64,000 nucleotides of DNA from Selaginella moellendorffii (taxonomy: Eukaryota; Plantae; Lycopodiophyta): assembly GCF_000143415.4 (NCBI RefSeq), contig NW_003314322.1:1-64000 (forward strand), written 5' to 3'. A program made the translations under genes and the position numbers. The notes under the pieces were generated by a model. The model ran no database searches. It was not told the DNA's origin and saw only the letters and a list, made by a program, of their open reading frames with translations. Positions 26,201 through 38,200 of the stretch are shown here, piece after piece. Position 1 is the stretch's first letter. Each line of letters opens with the position of its first letter.

Positions 26201-26380
26201 ATCCCAGAGAACACACATATTTAAGAGAAAACACATTTCAGTGCTTTACCTTTAGTACGTAAGTGTTGTTTATGTCAACCAGGTTGTCGACTATCTTATA
26301 GTAGGTTATCCACTCTACGCAATGTGTATTGTGTTTTTTCTTGCTATCTCGCAATATGAGAGCTCATGTTTCTGTGCATA

Positions 26381-27260
26381 GGGGAGAATATCATCCAGCC
26401 ATGTGGGCTGGGAAGTATGTGAATAGCTGGCAGACATCACTTGATGTGAAAGACAGATGGCCACAGTAAAGTTCTTCTTTTTCCCTTTTCTGACCAGTTT
26501 TGCTTGCAGCATAGACTTGCTAGCGGATGACAACAATTTGTGGGCATCTCATGCTGGTCCCAGAGGATGGAACGGTGAGATCAGTGGTTGGCTTTGCATA
26601 AATTTCTCAAGTTTCTCTCTTTCAGATCCCGACATGCTCCAAGTGGGGAATGGTTGAATGTCCTTAGCTGAGTATCCTTCACATTTCAGCATTTGGTCTA
26701 TCATGAAGGTTTGTATGCTCATTTCTCATTAATCTAGACTAGAGTGCCTTGCCTCAAGCACCTCTCATCATTGGCTGTGAGTTGAGAACAATCACGAAAA
26801 TACACCTCAAAATTTACAAGAACATCCAGATAATAGTGGTAAACCAAGGTAAGTTCTTGAAGATTTGAGCCACTGCTTTCTCAGTATCTTTCTTTTGACA
26901 TGTAGATTCACTAGGAATACGGATGCAAAGTGAGTTGGATAGGACAGTTTGAGGTAATTACTTCTTGTAAGCATTGTGTGATCACGTAGGTGTGGGCTGA
27001 TCGTCTGCGATAGAATTGTCATGGTAGCATAGAACAGAGGGTGGAACTAAGCATTAATCAGGAACAATTCTAGATTGGAACCAAGTGTGACAGCAAGTGT
27101 GAGAGATTTGTGGAAGGTATGCAATACATTACACAGCTCACAATTGATATACATCTTTTTTTCTGTGTGGGTTATAGCACGAAGATTGGACTTCAAGGCA
27201 GGAGGATGGTTTTAAATAGATTCCCATGACTGTGGTATCTTGTCCAACATTTCCATGGCA
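26381..27260 (+). pseudogene. Alpha-galactosidase (GH27) 3' exons, disrupted
   Basis: GEYHPAMWAGKYVNSWQTSLDVKDRW, IDLLADDNNLWASHAGPRGWN, DPDMLQVGNG*MSLAEYPSHFSIWSIMK, IIVVNQ, DSLGI, VWA..SVRDLWK. Confidence 0.8.
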
Positions 27261-27619
27261 GAACTGTACTTTAATAGTGGAAGATGAACATGGGATGCCA
27301 ATACCACTGATTTGTAGTTAGAAAGTGGATTTTAATCTATTTTCTTTACTTCTTCAATCTAATATGTGTTTTGGCAAGGTTTTTGCAAATCTTACGTAAA
27401 ATGCCTCAATGATTGGAGAGCATAAAATTTATGTTGTTAAGGGTCGCATTTATACAGCAACCATGTCGCAAATCTACATCAAGCAGAAAAACCTCTGGCC
27501 TTTAACGGTTTCTTTGGAAAAAACGAGTCTCAAAGCATACCCCTTGCGCATTTGATTGAGCCCCCCATTGGCAGTCACTGAAAGGTAACCATTCGTCACT
27601 GCTGTGGGATCCAGGAGCG

Positions 27620-27818
27620 CTGGGGAATCTGAATTGGAAAGATGAACAATTTCGGCAGGCAGAGAGCTTTCCTCTGCCGCTGGGAATGTCGTGCTACTCC
27701 AATATTTTCTTCAGCAACAAGAGCTTCAGCGGATTTCTCTCAAAGGTGAAATCCTCGCTCCTGGACATTTCATGGACATTGTTTTTGGGCGGCCAGAGGA
27801 GGAGGCACTGGAGGTGAT
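27620..27818 (+). pseudogene. Short RanGAP fragment (duplicate of 28512-28710)
   Basis: SNIFFSNKSFS and DIVFGRPEEEALEV; near-identical to 28512-28710. Confidence 0.65.
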
Positions 27819-27819
27819 A

Positions 27820-28310
27820 GGCATTCATGAAAGAACACCTCGAAATTTACAAGAACACCGAGATAATAACAGTAAATCAAGGTAAGTTCTTGAAGATTGG
27901 AGCCACTGCTTTCTCAGTATCTTTCTTTTGACATGTAAATTCACTAGGAATACAGGGACACAAAGTGAGCCAGATAGGACAGTCAGAGGTAATTACTTCT
28001 TGTTTGACATTGACAAAGCATTGTGTGATCACGTAGGTGTGGGCTGGTCCTCTGCAATAGAATTGTCATGGCAGCATAGAACAGAGGGTGGAAGCGTGCA
28101 TTAATCAGGAACAACTCTAGATTGGAACCGAGTGTGACAGCAAGTGTGAGAGATTTGTGGAAGGTACATAATACATTACACAGTTCACAATTGATATACA
28201 TTTTTTGTTCTGTGTGGGTTATAGCATGAAGATTGGACTTCAAGGCAGGAGGATGGGTTTGAATAGATTCCCATGACTGTGGGGTGTATATCTTGTCCAA
28301 CATTTCCATG
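27820..28310 (+). pseudogene. Duplicated GH27 alpha-galactosidase C-terminal exons
   Basis: Direct repeat of ~26805-27363: DSLGIQGHKVSQIGQSE, VWAGPL, NRGWKRALI, SVRDLWK, DSHDCGVYIL. Confidence 0.75.
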
Positions 28311-28417
28311 GCAGAACTGTACTTAAGAGTGGAAGATGAACATGGGATGCCAATACCACTGATTTGTACTTAAAAAGTGGATTTTAAATCTATTTTCCTT
28401 ACTTCTTCAATCTAATA

Positions 28418-29070
28418 GGATCCAGGCTGCTTTCCAGGCTTCGCTAGCGGCAATCCTGTGGTAGTGGTGAAGATCTATGCTCGAGAGGTGAGCTGGATGA
28501 TGCTAGAAGTGCTGGGGGAATCTGAATTGGAAAGATGAACAATTTTTGCCGGGCAGAGAGCTTTCCTCTGCTGCTGGGAACGTCGTGCTACTCCAATATT
28601 TTCTTCAGCAACAAGAGCTTCAGCGGATTTCTCTCGAAGGTGAAATCCTCACTCCTGAACATTTCTCGGACATTGTTGCTGGGCAGCCAGAGGAGGAGGC
28701 ACTGGAGGTGATGCCTACGCTTGGGCAGGCGTTCTAAACCTCTTGGACAATCAGAAGGGTGTGAGGCGCTGCTAAAGTCCCAGGAATTGCTCAAGGAGCT
28801 CTCTTTCATGAACGATGGGATCTCCATTGTGCTGTATGCGAGATCGTCACCACACCACCGCCAGCTCTCTCAAGCTCTTCCACTTCCACAACAACATGAC
28901 TGGTGATCAAGGAGTCAGATCTCTCACCAGGCTTGTCGAGAAGGTTGTCCAGCTCGAGAACTTTCGCTTCTCGTCGACTAGAGTTGGGGTGGCACTGGCT
29001 TTGGCCATCGCTGGTGGATCCACCCTCAAAGTTCTCGACTTGAGAGACAACAGGTCCTGGAGGTGGTGCT
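28418..29070 (+). pseudogene. Plant RanGAP fragment (end of WPP domain plus LRRs), heavily deleted
   Basis: VKIYAREVSWMMLEVL, FSDIVAGQPEEEALEVM, KELSFMNDGIS, LKLFHFHNNMTGDQG, LENFRFSSTRVG, LKVLDLRDN. Confidence 0.8.
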
Positions 29071-29358
29071 GTGCTTAAATTGAGTGATTTTTTGTTCTCT
29101 CCCATGGTCCCGAGTGACAAGGCGCAAGATTTAGAGGCGGCCAAGGCCACAATCTCCATGACACCGCAGCTCCAAGAATGGACATCGTGTACCTGTTGAT
29201 CTCCGATTCATGCTCTTCATGGCAAGCCACCGTGTATGAGAGATACATTGGGAATGGGTTCGAGGGCGTGGTTTTCATCCCAGTCTCCAGGAGGAGGATA
29301 GCGAGAGCATGAGCTATCTGGCCTCTCTGCTGCTGGACAATGGCGTCATGACCAGAGA

Positions 29359-29860
29359 TTGTCTTTTGGAGTCCTTCACCTCAGACACACCTCAAGAGGT
29401 GGACGGCCATCACCTTCCAAGGTTGTGGACACCATTGAGAAGAATTACATCCATTTCCAAAGCACGATCAGTGGTTCACCGCATCAGAGGCTTGCGGACA
29501 AGGTGAGGTGCCACGTCGCAAGGAATGTTCCACTCGAGTTTGTCTTGCCGGCATTTCCAGTCGACTCGTGCAATCCCGACAAGACTCTGGGAAAGTGCGC
29601 GGACTAGGCCGAGGAGCTGGCCATCCATTCCATGAAGATTGTTGCGGATCTCATCATGCTCCAGGCATGCACTACAACGTCGCCTCGGATGGCCATGTCT
29701 TCTCTGATCTCGTCGGCTCCGATGATGCTGCTGTGGATTCTTATGGAAAGATGTTTTGGGAGATGGCACACAATTTGTATCTCGGCTTGGTCAGTTTCTT
29801 TAGCCTGGACGAGTGTCTGCTGGACAACCACAGTGAGGACAAAATTGCCAACCTTTTATC
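29359..29860 (+). pseudogene. Isocyanide (isonitrile) synthase PvcA/IsnA/Dit1-family N-terminal fragment
   Basis: PLEFVLPAFPVDSCNPDKTLGKCAD*AEELAIHSM, frameshift, PGMHYNVASDGHVFSDLVGSDDAAVDSYG. Matches the family motifs LPAFPxKS.N..K.LG..PD..E.LAL and PG....SDG.VF.DL.G..D..V..Y. TAG at 29605-29607. Confidence 0.75.
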
Positions 29861-30081
29861 CAACACGGCAGTGGAACATCCAGTTGTGAAATTATTTACG
29901 TGGAAAATTTCAACCATGTTGAATCTACATACCGTGCCATGAAAAAACTTTCCCGGATTTTGTACATAAGTTAAAGAGCGCTCTACATTTCCCTGGCGCT
30001 GCTGTTGTTTTCACATATGCAACCAGGAAACGGGCTGGCAAAGAAAAAGTCTTCGTGCATTGGGACGGGAGCGGGAACTCT

Positions 30082-31075
30082 TAGCGCTGGACCTGCAGTC
30101 CTCACTTCGTGCAGCATTTTCACTTGAAACGCAAATTCATCCCAAGACATATTCCCAGCTCCATAGCTACCGAATAAGCTTTCGCCTGGAGGAGAGTGGA
30201 ACGAACGTTAGAGAACTGGAGAAAATAAACGTAGCATGAAGCCATGTGTCCATCATGCGTGAACACGAAGACATCGCTCTCAAGTGCCACTGCGTAATCC
30301 ACAGCCGAGAGCCTCTTTTGGTACCCGGCGATCGTTGATAGCTCCTCATAAGTTGCCAACGTTGAATGCGAGTACACGTCTGGAAAGATCTTCTTCAGCG
30401 ACGCCATGCTGCCATTCCCATAAGTTTCCCTGGTGACAATGTAGATGGCCGTGGTAAGGGCTTTGAGAAAAAGCCCAGTCTCGTAAGGGGTTAGAGGACA
30501 ACCACCTTGCCTGCGTTTCTCCTCGCTTTCAATTTCCTTCTCTTTCCAATGCCCCACGTCGTATCTCATGCGCTTCAGTTCTCGTGCTTCCTCGGTGGGC
30601 AAACCGTGTGTACGTCCAGTAAAAGACAGCATATTTTTTTCGTATCTGCAACGAGCAATTAGAGAAAGAAACACAACCTCAAGTTTTTCACAACCTGAAT
30701 GCAGCGCAATGAACGGGCCTATACTTTTCATTCTCTTGATCAGCGCGTCTGCTACTCTTTGCAAAGGTTCTGTAATCTTGAGTGCATGATAATTTGCACG
30801 GCATCTCAGCCTCTGGATCTCATCCGGAAGGCCGTTGTTGGCAAGCCTCGATTCTGCATGCGTCAGGTGCAAAACCTTGTGCTCTTTGAGCAATACCGTC
30901 ATGTTGTTTCTATAGTATGATTCCTGGAACTGTACAAAGATAAAGCAACCATTTGCATAGACAAAAACTAAAAGCTTACATTGGACCAGGATACAGGAGC
31001 CTTGCGGAAAGGAACGACATCCTGCAGAGAGGGAGATAGCGCTTCAATAATAGACACGTCTTTGTCAAAAATAGT
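30082..31075 (-). pseudogene. O-fucosyltransferase-family (GT106/RRT-like) glycosyltransferase, 5'-truncated
   Basis: SRLANNGLPDEIQRLRCRANYHALK, GPFIALH|RYEKNML, RRQGGCPLTPYETGLFLKAL, AVDYAVALESDVFV. The called ORF reads through introns and has internal deletions. Confidence 0.8.
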
Positions 31076-31149
31076 TTACGGAAATCGCTGAGAAGAAACA
31101 GTAAGTTGAAACGACAAACTTTGATTCTAGAGCTTCACAAGGAAACAAT

Positions 31150-31720
31150 TCTACGGAGATAATCACCAAGATTTTTACAGTGATCCAGAAGAGTTACAAC
31201 GATACTTATAGAGAAGAGACTCCCAAGATATATGATACATGGTCTGTGACACCCTGGATTCCCTGGAAGTCAGGTTGCTGTCTGATGATAGCGTGAATCC
31301 ATTCAAGCTCACCAAGTCTCGGTGCTTGATGTGGCCAAGAACTGCAAGCTCCATCTCAAACTCGTGTATTTTGAGAGTGGTGATTGTAAAGCCACTTGGT
31401 CACTGCTTTCTTGCCGTAATTCAGGCGGGAGCAATGATCAACTGCCGAGTTGAGCATCATCTGGTCCTCTAAAGCTTCAACAAGCTGCTTAGAGCTATGG
31501 ATTACAGTGAAAGAACTTTCTGTGGAGGCTTTTCCATCGTCCCAAAAATGAAATAGAGAGAAGCCAAGCTCGAGGAAAACCGCACTGGGAAAGAATGATG
31601 GATCAAATGCATTCACTCGAGAAACACCACACACAAAAGAAGCCTCGAAACTTGATTGCATGCTTTTCTAGAGAAAGCTCTGCCAGGATTCATCATCCAT
31701 GCTTTTTGTTGTTTTTTTTG
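31150..31720 (-). pseudogene. Possible degenerate microbial-type class I terpene synthase (MTPSL-like)
   Basis: LFHFWDD (Asp-rich motif-like), RV*DGA, IRQQPDFQGIQGVTDHVSYI..LFS (NSE-region-like), HCKNL. Intronless, with many stops and frameshifts. Confidence 0.35.
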
Positions 31721-32654
31721 AACATACGATTCTCTTTCTTTGCGGGTTTCTTTGCTGAGTTTTCTGGCTCATAGCCACTTCTCAGACACGGCCACAGTCA
31801 TCCATTTCCTCCTGTTTGAACATGCATTTTCTGTGGTTTCCATCCCATTGTTTCCGTGAATGATGTTACTGATGATAATAGTTTCAGAAAAGAACTCTAC
31901 CAAAGAAAAAAGAACATTTAGAAGAAAAGATATTCAGAAATTGTACATTCTCCTTTTTGTAACATGCTCCCTTTTCAACTTCATGGACTCCACAGCAAGT
32001 TCTTTTTTGTACAAAATAAAGTTCTCATAATCTTGTGGAAACGATGATGCTCGACTGGGATGTGCGCATGAATTGCTTGCTTTCGGCTTATGTCCAGTAT
32101 GGGTAATATCATGTACAATGTCTGGGCGAGACCGCCGTGTCCGAGAACTATGCTCTGGTTACGGTGCAATTAGAAAATGTGTAATCCTGGTGGCCATCAC
32201 TCCCGGGAAGGTAAACCCATCATGTAACTGTTTTCAAAGAAACAGATATGTACGGTTTAGTGTTTTTTTATTTTCGAAAAGTGTTTAGGTTAAACTGTAT
32301 GATTATACGAAAAAAATGTCTGCACGTCATTCCAATTCACAAACCTAAGAAAACTAGAACATTCATTGTGGATTTTGCATCAAGAAATGTTCAAGAAGAA
32401 ACAATTCAAATACAACGAATCTCTATCACCATCATCATACTCCCTTATTTAAACGTGCTATTGGCATATGGCATCCGGCGTCTTTTATTCCATTTTTAGA
32501 ATATTATTTCTGAATATGCTTATAATCTAACGGTTCAAATTCAAAAACTTCAAATAGATGGTATAGATCAAGTGCCAAAGGGGTGGCAACTCTTCAATTT
32601 TTTAATGACGATCCAAATCAAGAGAAAAAATTTAGGGCGATCGGGCAGATTGTG

Positions 32655-32656
<2 letters not shown>

Positions 32657-32727
<71 letters not shown>

Positions 32728-32733
32728 TGTGTG
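32657..32733 (+). repeat. Compound (CT)n(GT)n microsatellite in Helitron 5' region
   Basis: Directly visible. Shorter versions at 6097-6150, 13256-13296 and 44236-44258. Confidence 0.9.
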
Positions 32734-33007
32734 CATCTGTGTGGTGAAATTTTCTATTTGCTGCGTTTGATCGGACTGGCTGAGACTGACGAGCCAGCCG
32801 TGCAAAAAAAGTGGCCGTGACAAAGATGGTCTTCCCAATCCTTACGAGCACCAGTCCCAAGTGAGTGTTCTATTCATTGTCGTTTAGAGAAAAAAAAAAA
32901 AAAACTTTTTCCTGTTGTTCTTGCTTGTTTGATTTCTCTGATTAGAGCTCGCAGGTGGATTTGCTGCTGAGCTTTTGCCAGCAACTAAAATTCTCATCGG
33001 TCGTGCT

Positions 33008-33536
33008 TAGGGCGATCGGGCAAATTCATACAGGACAAGCTGCCAGGCAAAGAAAAAATCATTTCCCCAGGGAGATGAAGAATCTGTAAGTTTTCTGTTG
33101 ATCACATCTTCCTCTTTTTCCAGCTTTTCTCCAATTTCTCTTTCTGCATAATCTAAAGTTCTTTCCTTGACCCTGGCAGAATTTCTTTTATAAATATATC
33201 GTCAAGCTCAGGTGTGGCAAGTGCTTTCGATCCACAGCAATCTTCCTAAGGGTGGCAACGCTTCAATTAATGACGCTCCAAGTCAAGTGAAATTTTTTAG
33301 TGCGATCAGGCAAATTCATACAGGACAAGCTGCCAGGCAAAGAAAAAATCATTTCCCCAGGGAGATGAAGAATCTGTAAGTTTTCTGTTGATCACATCTT
33401 CCCCTTTTTCCAGCTTTTCTCCAATTTCTCTTTCTGCATAATCTAAAGTTCTTTCCTTGATCCTGGCAGAATTTCTTTTATAAATATATCGTCAAGCTCA
33501 AGTGCGGCAAGTGCTTTCATCCACAGCGATCTTCCT
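33008..33536 (+). repeat. Two-copy ~290-bp-period tandem duplication
   Basis: GGCAAATTCATACAGGACAAGCTGCC...CCACAGC.ATCTTCCT occurs twice; the spacer is Helitron 5'-region sequence (AAGGGTGGCAACGCTTCAAT). Confidence 0.85.
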
Positions 33537-33639
33537 CTGGAAGAGCGACAAGGATGATGAGCAGTTGCCACTGCTTGTTAACAGCAAGTTCATGCTCTGC
33601 AAAGGTTGCGAGGGATGGCTGACAGACCAGAGAAGTTTT

Positions 33640-34433
33640 GGAACTTGCTGTCGAGGAGTGCAAGCTCACCATTTCCAGGATCAAAGCACTGTTTCTAAGC
33701 TCTTCGTTGCGCCTGCCATCCAAAGTTTCTGGATGGTGTGATCAAGGAGGAGAAGAACATATTGTGGACATTGATCCAGGATATTCGAGCTCCAAAGGAA
33801 TAGTTTTGGTGCATGGTTTTGTCTTCTCTTGGAGGCATGTAATGGCTCCGCTAGCTCAACAAACGGGCCACAGTGTTGCTGCGTTTGATTGGCCTGGCTG
33901 GGGACTGACGAGCCGGCCAGGCAACAATGGTGGCCGTGACAGAGATGGTCTTCCCAATCCTTACAAGCTCCATTCACAAGTGAATGTTCTATTCATCGTC
34001 GTCTAGAAAAAAAATGAGTTTTTTCTGTTGTTCTTGCTTGTTTGATTTCTCTGATTAGAGCTCGCAGGTGGATTTGCTGCTGAGTTTTTGCCAGCAACTA
34101 ACATTCTCATCGGTCGTGCTCGTTGGTCACGACGACGGTGGATTGCTTGCTCTTATGGCAGCTGCCAGAGCTTGAAATCTCTAAGCTCAATGCAGGTAAG
34201 CTCCAAGCCACTATAGTCATGGATTTTCATTTCTGTGATGAAGGTGGTGATCAAAGGTGTGGTTTTGATCGCGGTGAGCTCCTCCAGAGAGGTGATATTG
34301 CCATTTGCTCGAGTTTTGCTCCACACTTCTTTGGGACGCACATACTCCGGCCATTGCTGTGCCTGGAGATGGTGAGTCGCCATGCCTGGCACGATGCTTC
34401 CAAGCTCACCTCCAAAGTGATGGAACTTTACAA
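33640..34433 (+). pseudogene. Alpha/beta-hydrolase internal exons (captured)
   Basis: GIVLVHGFVFSWRHVMAPLAQQTGHSVAAFDWPGWGLTSRP..LPNPY, VVLVGHDDGGLLALMAA, ..WHDASKLTSKVMELYK. Confidence 0.8.
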
Positions 34434-34529
34434 GGTATGAGGAAAAATTCGAACTTGATCAAAAGATTTCCATGATTTTCCGTGTATACATCGATCCAGG
34501 TATCTTTTCTATCTTGTTGTGATGTCTAG

Positions 34530-35296
34530 GCCATTTTCTTCTCACAAACTTGCTCCTGGACAAAATGAAGGAGACCGCTAAGGAAAGTGTTTGTCAATCT
34601 CTCCTCCATCGTGCATATTGCCTCTTACAGCGGTGGAATCCAATTCTCACACCTTAATGACAAAGCCTGGTACACCAAACAACTCTCTTTTCTCGTGAGC
34701 TTACATTATTCCTTTTTTCTTGCAAAAGGTACTCCAACACTAGAGCATACAGTCAATCCAAGCTCACGAACATCTTCCACGCCAAAGAACTGGCAATGAG
34801 ATTCAAGGTATTCATCTAATGCTTTGAAATCTCTCCCACCTTTCTCTTTCGTCAATGCTTTCTCTTTCGCTGATTAGGCCGAAGGAGTTGACAGCACAGC
34901 CAACGCTGTTCATCTAGGGTTTATAATGACACCTTTGATGCGGTACACATTCTACATAATGAGTTTGTCTCTTTGCCTTGTTTGTTTTAGGTTACTTATG
35001 GAACTTTGATCTTCATGCAGGGGTTCTCAAGTTCTTCTCCAGCTTCCTTTGGAAAAAAGTCCCACAGGTAAGAAGAATTCTCCCAATTATCTGGAAGTTT
35101 TTTGTGACTAATACGTGATCAGGGTGCTGCTACGACGTGCTACGCAACTTTACATCCAAGCCTCAAGGATGTCACTGGGCAATACTTTGTGGATTCCAAC
35201 AAATCCAACTGTAGCACTTATGGCAGAGATCCCAAGCTCACTCACAAGCTATGGACCTTCTCCCAGAAGCTTATAGACAAGCATTCTCCGTCCTAA
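34530..35296 (+). pseudogene. Tic32-like SDR, last five exons (captured)
   Basis: GHFLLTNLLLDKMKETAKES, YSNTRAYSQSKLTNIFHAKELAMRFK, EGVDSTANAVHLGFIMTPLMR, FLWKKVPQ, GAATTCYATLHPSL. Confidence 0.82.
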
Positions 35297-38200
35297 AGGT
35301 AAAAGGTTGATTTATATATTAATATGATACCTAATTATATAATTTGAACTTTTATATTCTCTGAAATATAAGTATCAACAATGTTATTTTTAGAAAATAA
35401 CATGAAGAACTATTGAGAGTAAAATGCAATAGTAACACTTTACCCACAAATGATAAGCTTAATATGACAAAAAATTTCTCAAAAAAGTATTAGATAATTA
35501 AAAATTGATATTATTTTTATATGACTTTAAATAATGTATAATATACAAAATTTTATAATATTAATATTTACATAATAATGTGTTAGATCCATGTTTACAA
35601 TTAAAACATGAATACTTTCATAATCTAGGTTAATCTGTAATCATGTTCAGCTTTATATAATTTCTGAATAGTAACTAGTGTTAAATATTTTAATATAAAT
35701 TTATTTTTAACTTGGAATCCATAGTTTTATCATAAAGCATTAGTACCTGTTTGCCTTTATGCAAATATTATATCTTTAATATAATAAATAATTTTGGTTG
35801 TACCTCTTTTCAAACACCTCTAATGTAGTGTGAATATCTAGGTAGATTTACTTATGTATATTTTTAAATGTGAAATCAGATACATAATAGAAATTTTATT
35901 ATTCTTTAGTAAACTATTAAAGTTAGAGGCATCAGATAAAAATAGTTTAGCTCAATATGCAATCAAGATTATAATTTTAAAAAAAAAACCTATTGATTTT
36001 TAAGTATATATAATTCTTTAGTTTTATGAAAACCCAATTTCTTTAGTAAAATTAGTAAACTTTCACATTATTTTGTTGTACAAAGATTGTATATAGTAGA
36101 CACAATATGAAATTTACTATAAAGTAAAAAATGAAATAAAGTTGTGATTATAGAAAATGATATATTTCATAACTTCAAATATAAGAGTTGAATGGCTCCA
36201 GCTATTTTATCTTATAAATTATTTTTAGGTTTATCAATAATCTTATGATACTTATTACACACTCATCAATGAATCTAATCACATTAAGTTGTTGGATAGC
36301 TCAGATATAGTCTAAGATTTATGTAATATCATAAAATGATAATACTGTTTTTAAGACTAATAATTTATGCATTGATACATGGGAAACATATAAATAAATA
36401 TAATGACATACAGGTAAAAATATGATTGAGATAACATTAGACACAATACAAAAGGCTACAATCTAAAAAAATGTTATTCCAGGGAAAAAATGATTATGCA
36501 TCATCAATACCCTAATATCAGAGTAAAACCTTACCTTTCACTGAAAACTTTCAGCCTCAAAAAAAAATTTTAAATGCCATAAATTTAAATAATAATAAAT
36601 GAAAGATAAACATAATAATCTTAATTTTTATAAGCATTATCTCTATATAAAAACATATACAGAAATGATTTTAATTATATTCAAAATACTTCAAATTTTA
36701 ATTATTACTAAACTCCATAACAATGTTTATAATTTTTAAATTTATAAGATATATGTAGTTTAAGTAAGTTTTAAATTTTTTTAACATTATTATATTTTAG
36801 TGTAACTAAAGTAACACTTTATTAAATAAAAAATTTGTACTTTTGAATGAATGATCAAGTGTTGATATTTTTTATCAATTATATAGCTTTCAAATAAAGG
36901 AAAAAATTAGTTACCAAAACTCAAACTCTAAATGACTCATCTGGCCATGGGATTCCAAAGTTAGCAATTCCATTTATAGAAGATCCTAGACTTCACTCAA
37001 CAATCAGATTTTTAAATGTGATATAATGTTATTAATTATATTTATTATAATCTGATGTCTGTTGGTGATATAGTCAATTGTAGAAGGGTTTTCTAATATA
37101 AATATTATATTATGTTTAACTATGTATGTTATCATTATGATTATGTTAAAAATTACATTTATGATTACAACTCTTTGAAATTACTAAAACATCAGAAATA
37201 AACATGATACTCCCAGTGTAGCTCAGACTTTAGTCACTAATTTTCATTGCTCCCAGAACTGATATTGTTATTATACTATATTAAATCAAGTAGAATAAAC
37301 AAATATAATAATATTTTTATTTAGGTGCACCATCTAAATTCTAAATTTTGAAGTCATAACTTCCATAAAATTTTATAATCATAACTTCTAGCATGTTATC
37401 ACCTAATTATAATCCTGATGAAGCATAGTTTATTATTTTTAACTTTATTCCTAACAATATATATATATTTAATTGGAAGTTTTCTTACTACTTTGTAACC
37501 TGAATCTCTTTTCATGAGAAGTTCAATTTGGCCACTCATTTTAACATTTTGAATTCTTATTTCTATAAAATTTCCTTCTTATTTTATGTTTTTTCTTCTC
37601 AAATATTTTGTCTTTTAATCATTTGAATTTCATAGTAGTTATCTTTTATATTATAAGTTACAAATGTCTTACACACTTTTGATATATTGGTAAAGTATAT
37701 TCTGTATTATAGGTGTATTAATATTTTTATTTTTTAATATATTATTAAGAAATGGATTTGATATTTGTATGTGTATGAGATAGCTTATACCTATTACATA
37801 CCAAGAATCATTCTCTATTGTCATGATTTTTAATATAAATGTGGTAGCAATTAGGACAAAATTTACTTAGTGGGTTTAATAGTAATGCAGAGCTCAGATA
37901 GTGAATTTGAATATTAAAATAGAAGAGTTTAATATTAGGCTTATAGAAGTTTATTGGTTAAAAACCAGATATTAGATTTTGTATTTGAAGCAAGAAAGAA
38001 AATATAAAGATGTTGCTACTCTTTTGAAATACATTAGTATTAATATTAAAAATATATTTTATTTTTAATAATTAGAGAAATATTTGGTGTTATATACATC
38101 TGAAAAAATAAATTATTAAGGATATCTCAAAATATTAGTAGTTTTATTAGTAAAAATAATTTTCCAAATCATTTTTAGTCTTCAAGATTAATATTTCTTA

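Noticed and set aside
23334-26262. Multiple short ORFs and exon-like stretches (also 18.2-20.7 kb, 38.3-38.8 kb, 40.9-42.4 kb, 63.7-64 kb)
   Set aside because: Probably more decayed gene fragments, but I could not recognise any family, so no call is made.
32618-32860. ERERER/HTHT ORFs
   Set aside because: Translation of the (CT)n(GT)n microsatellite.
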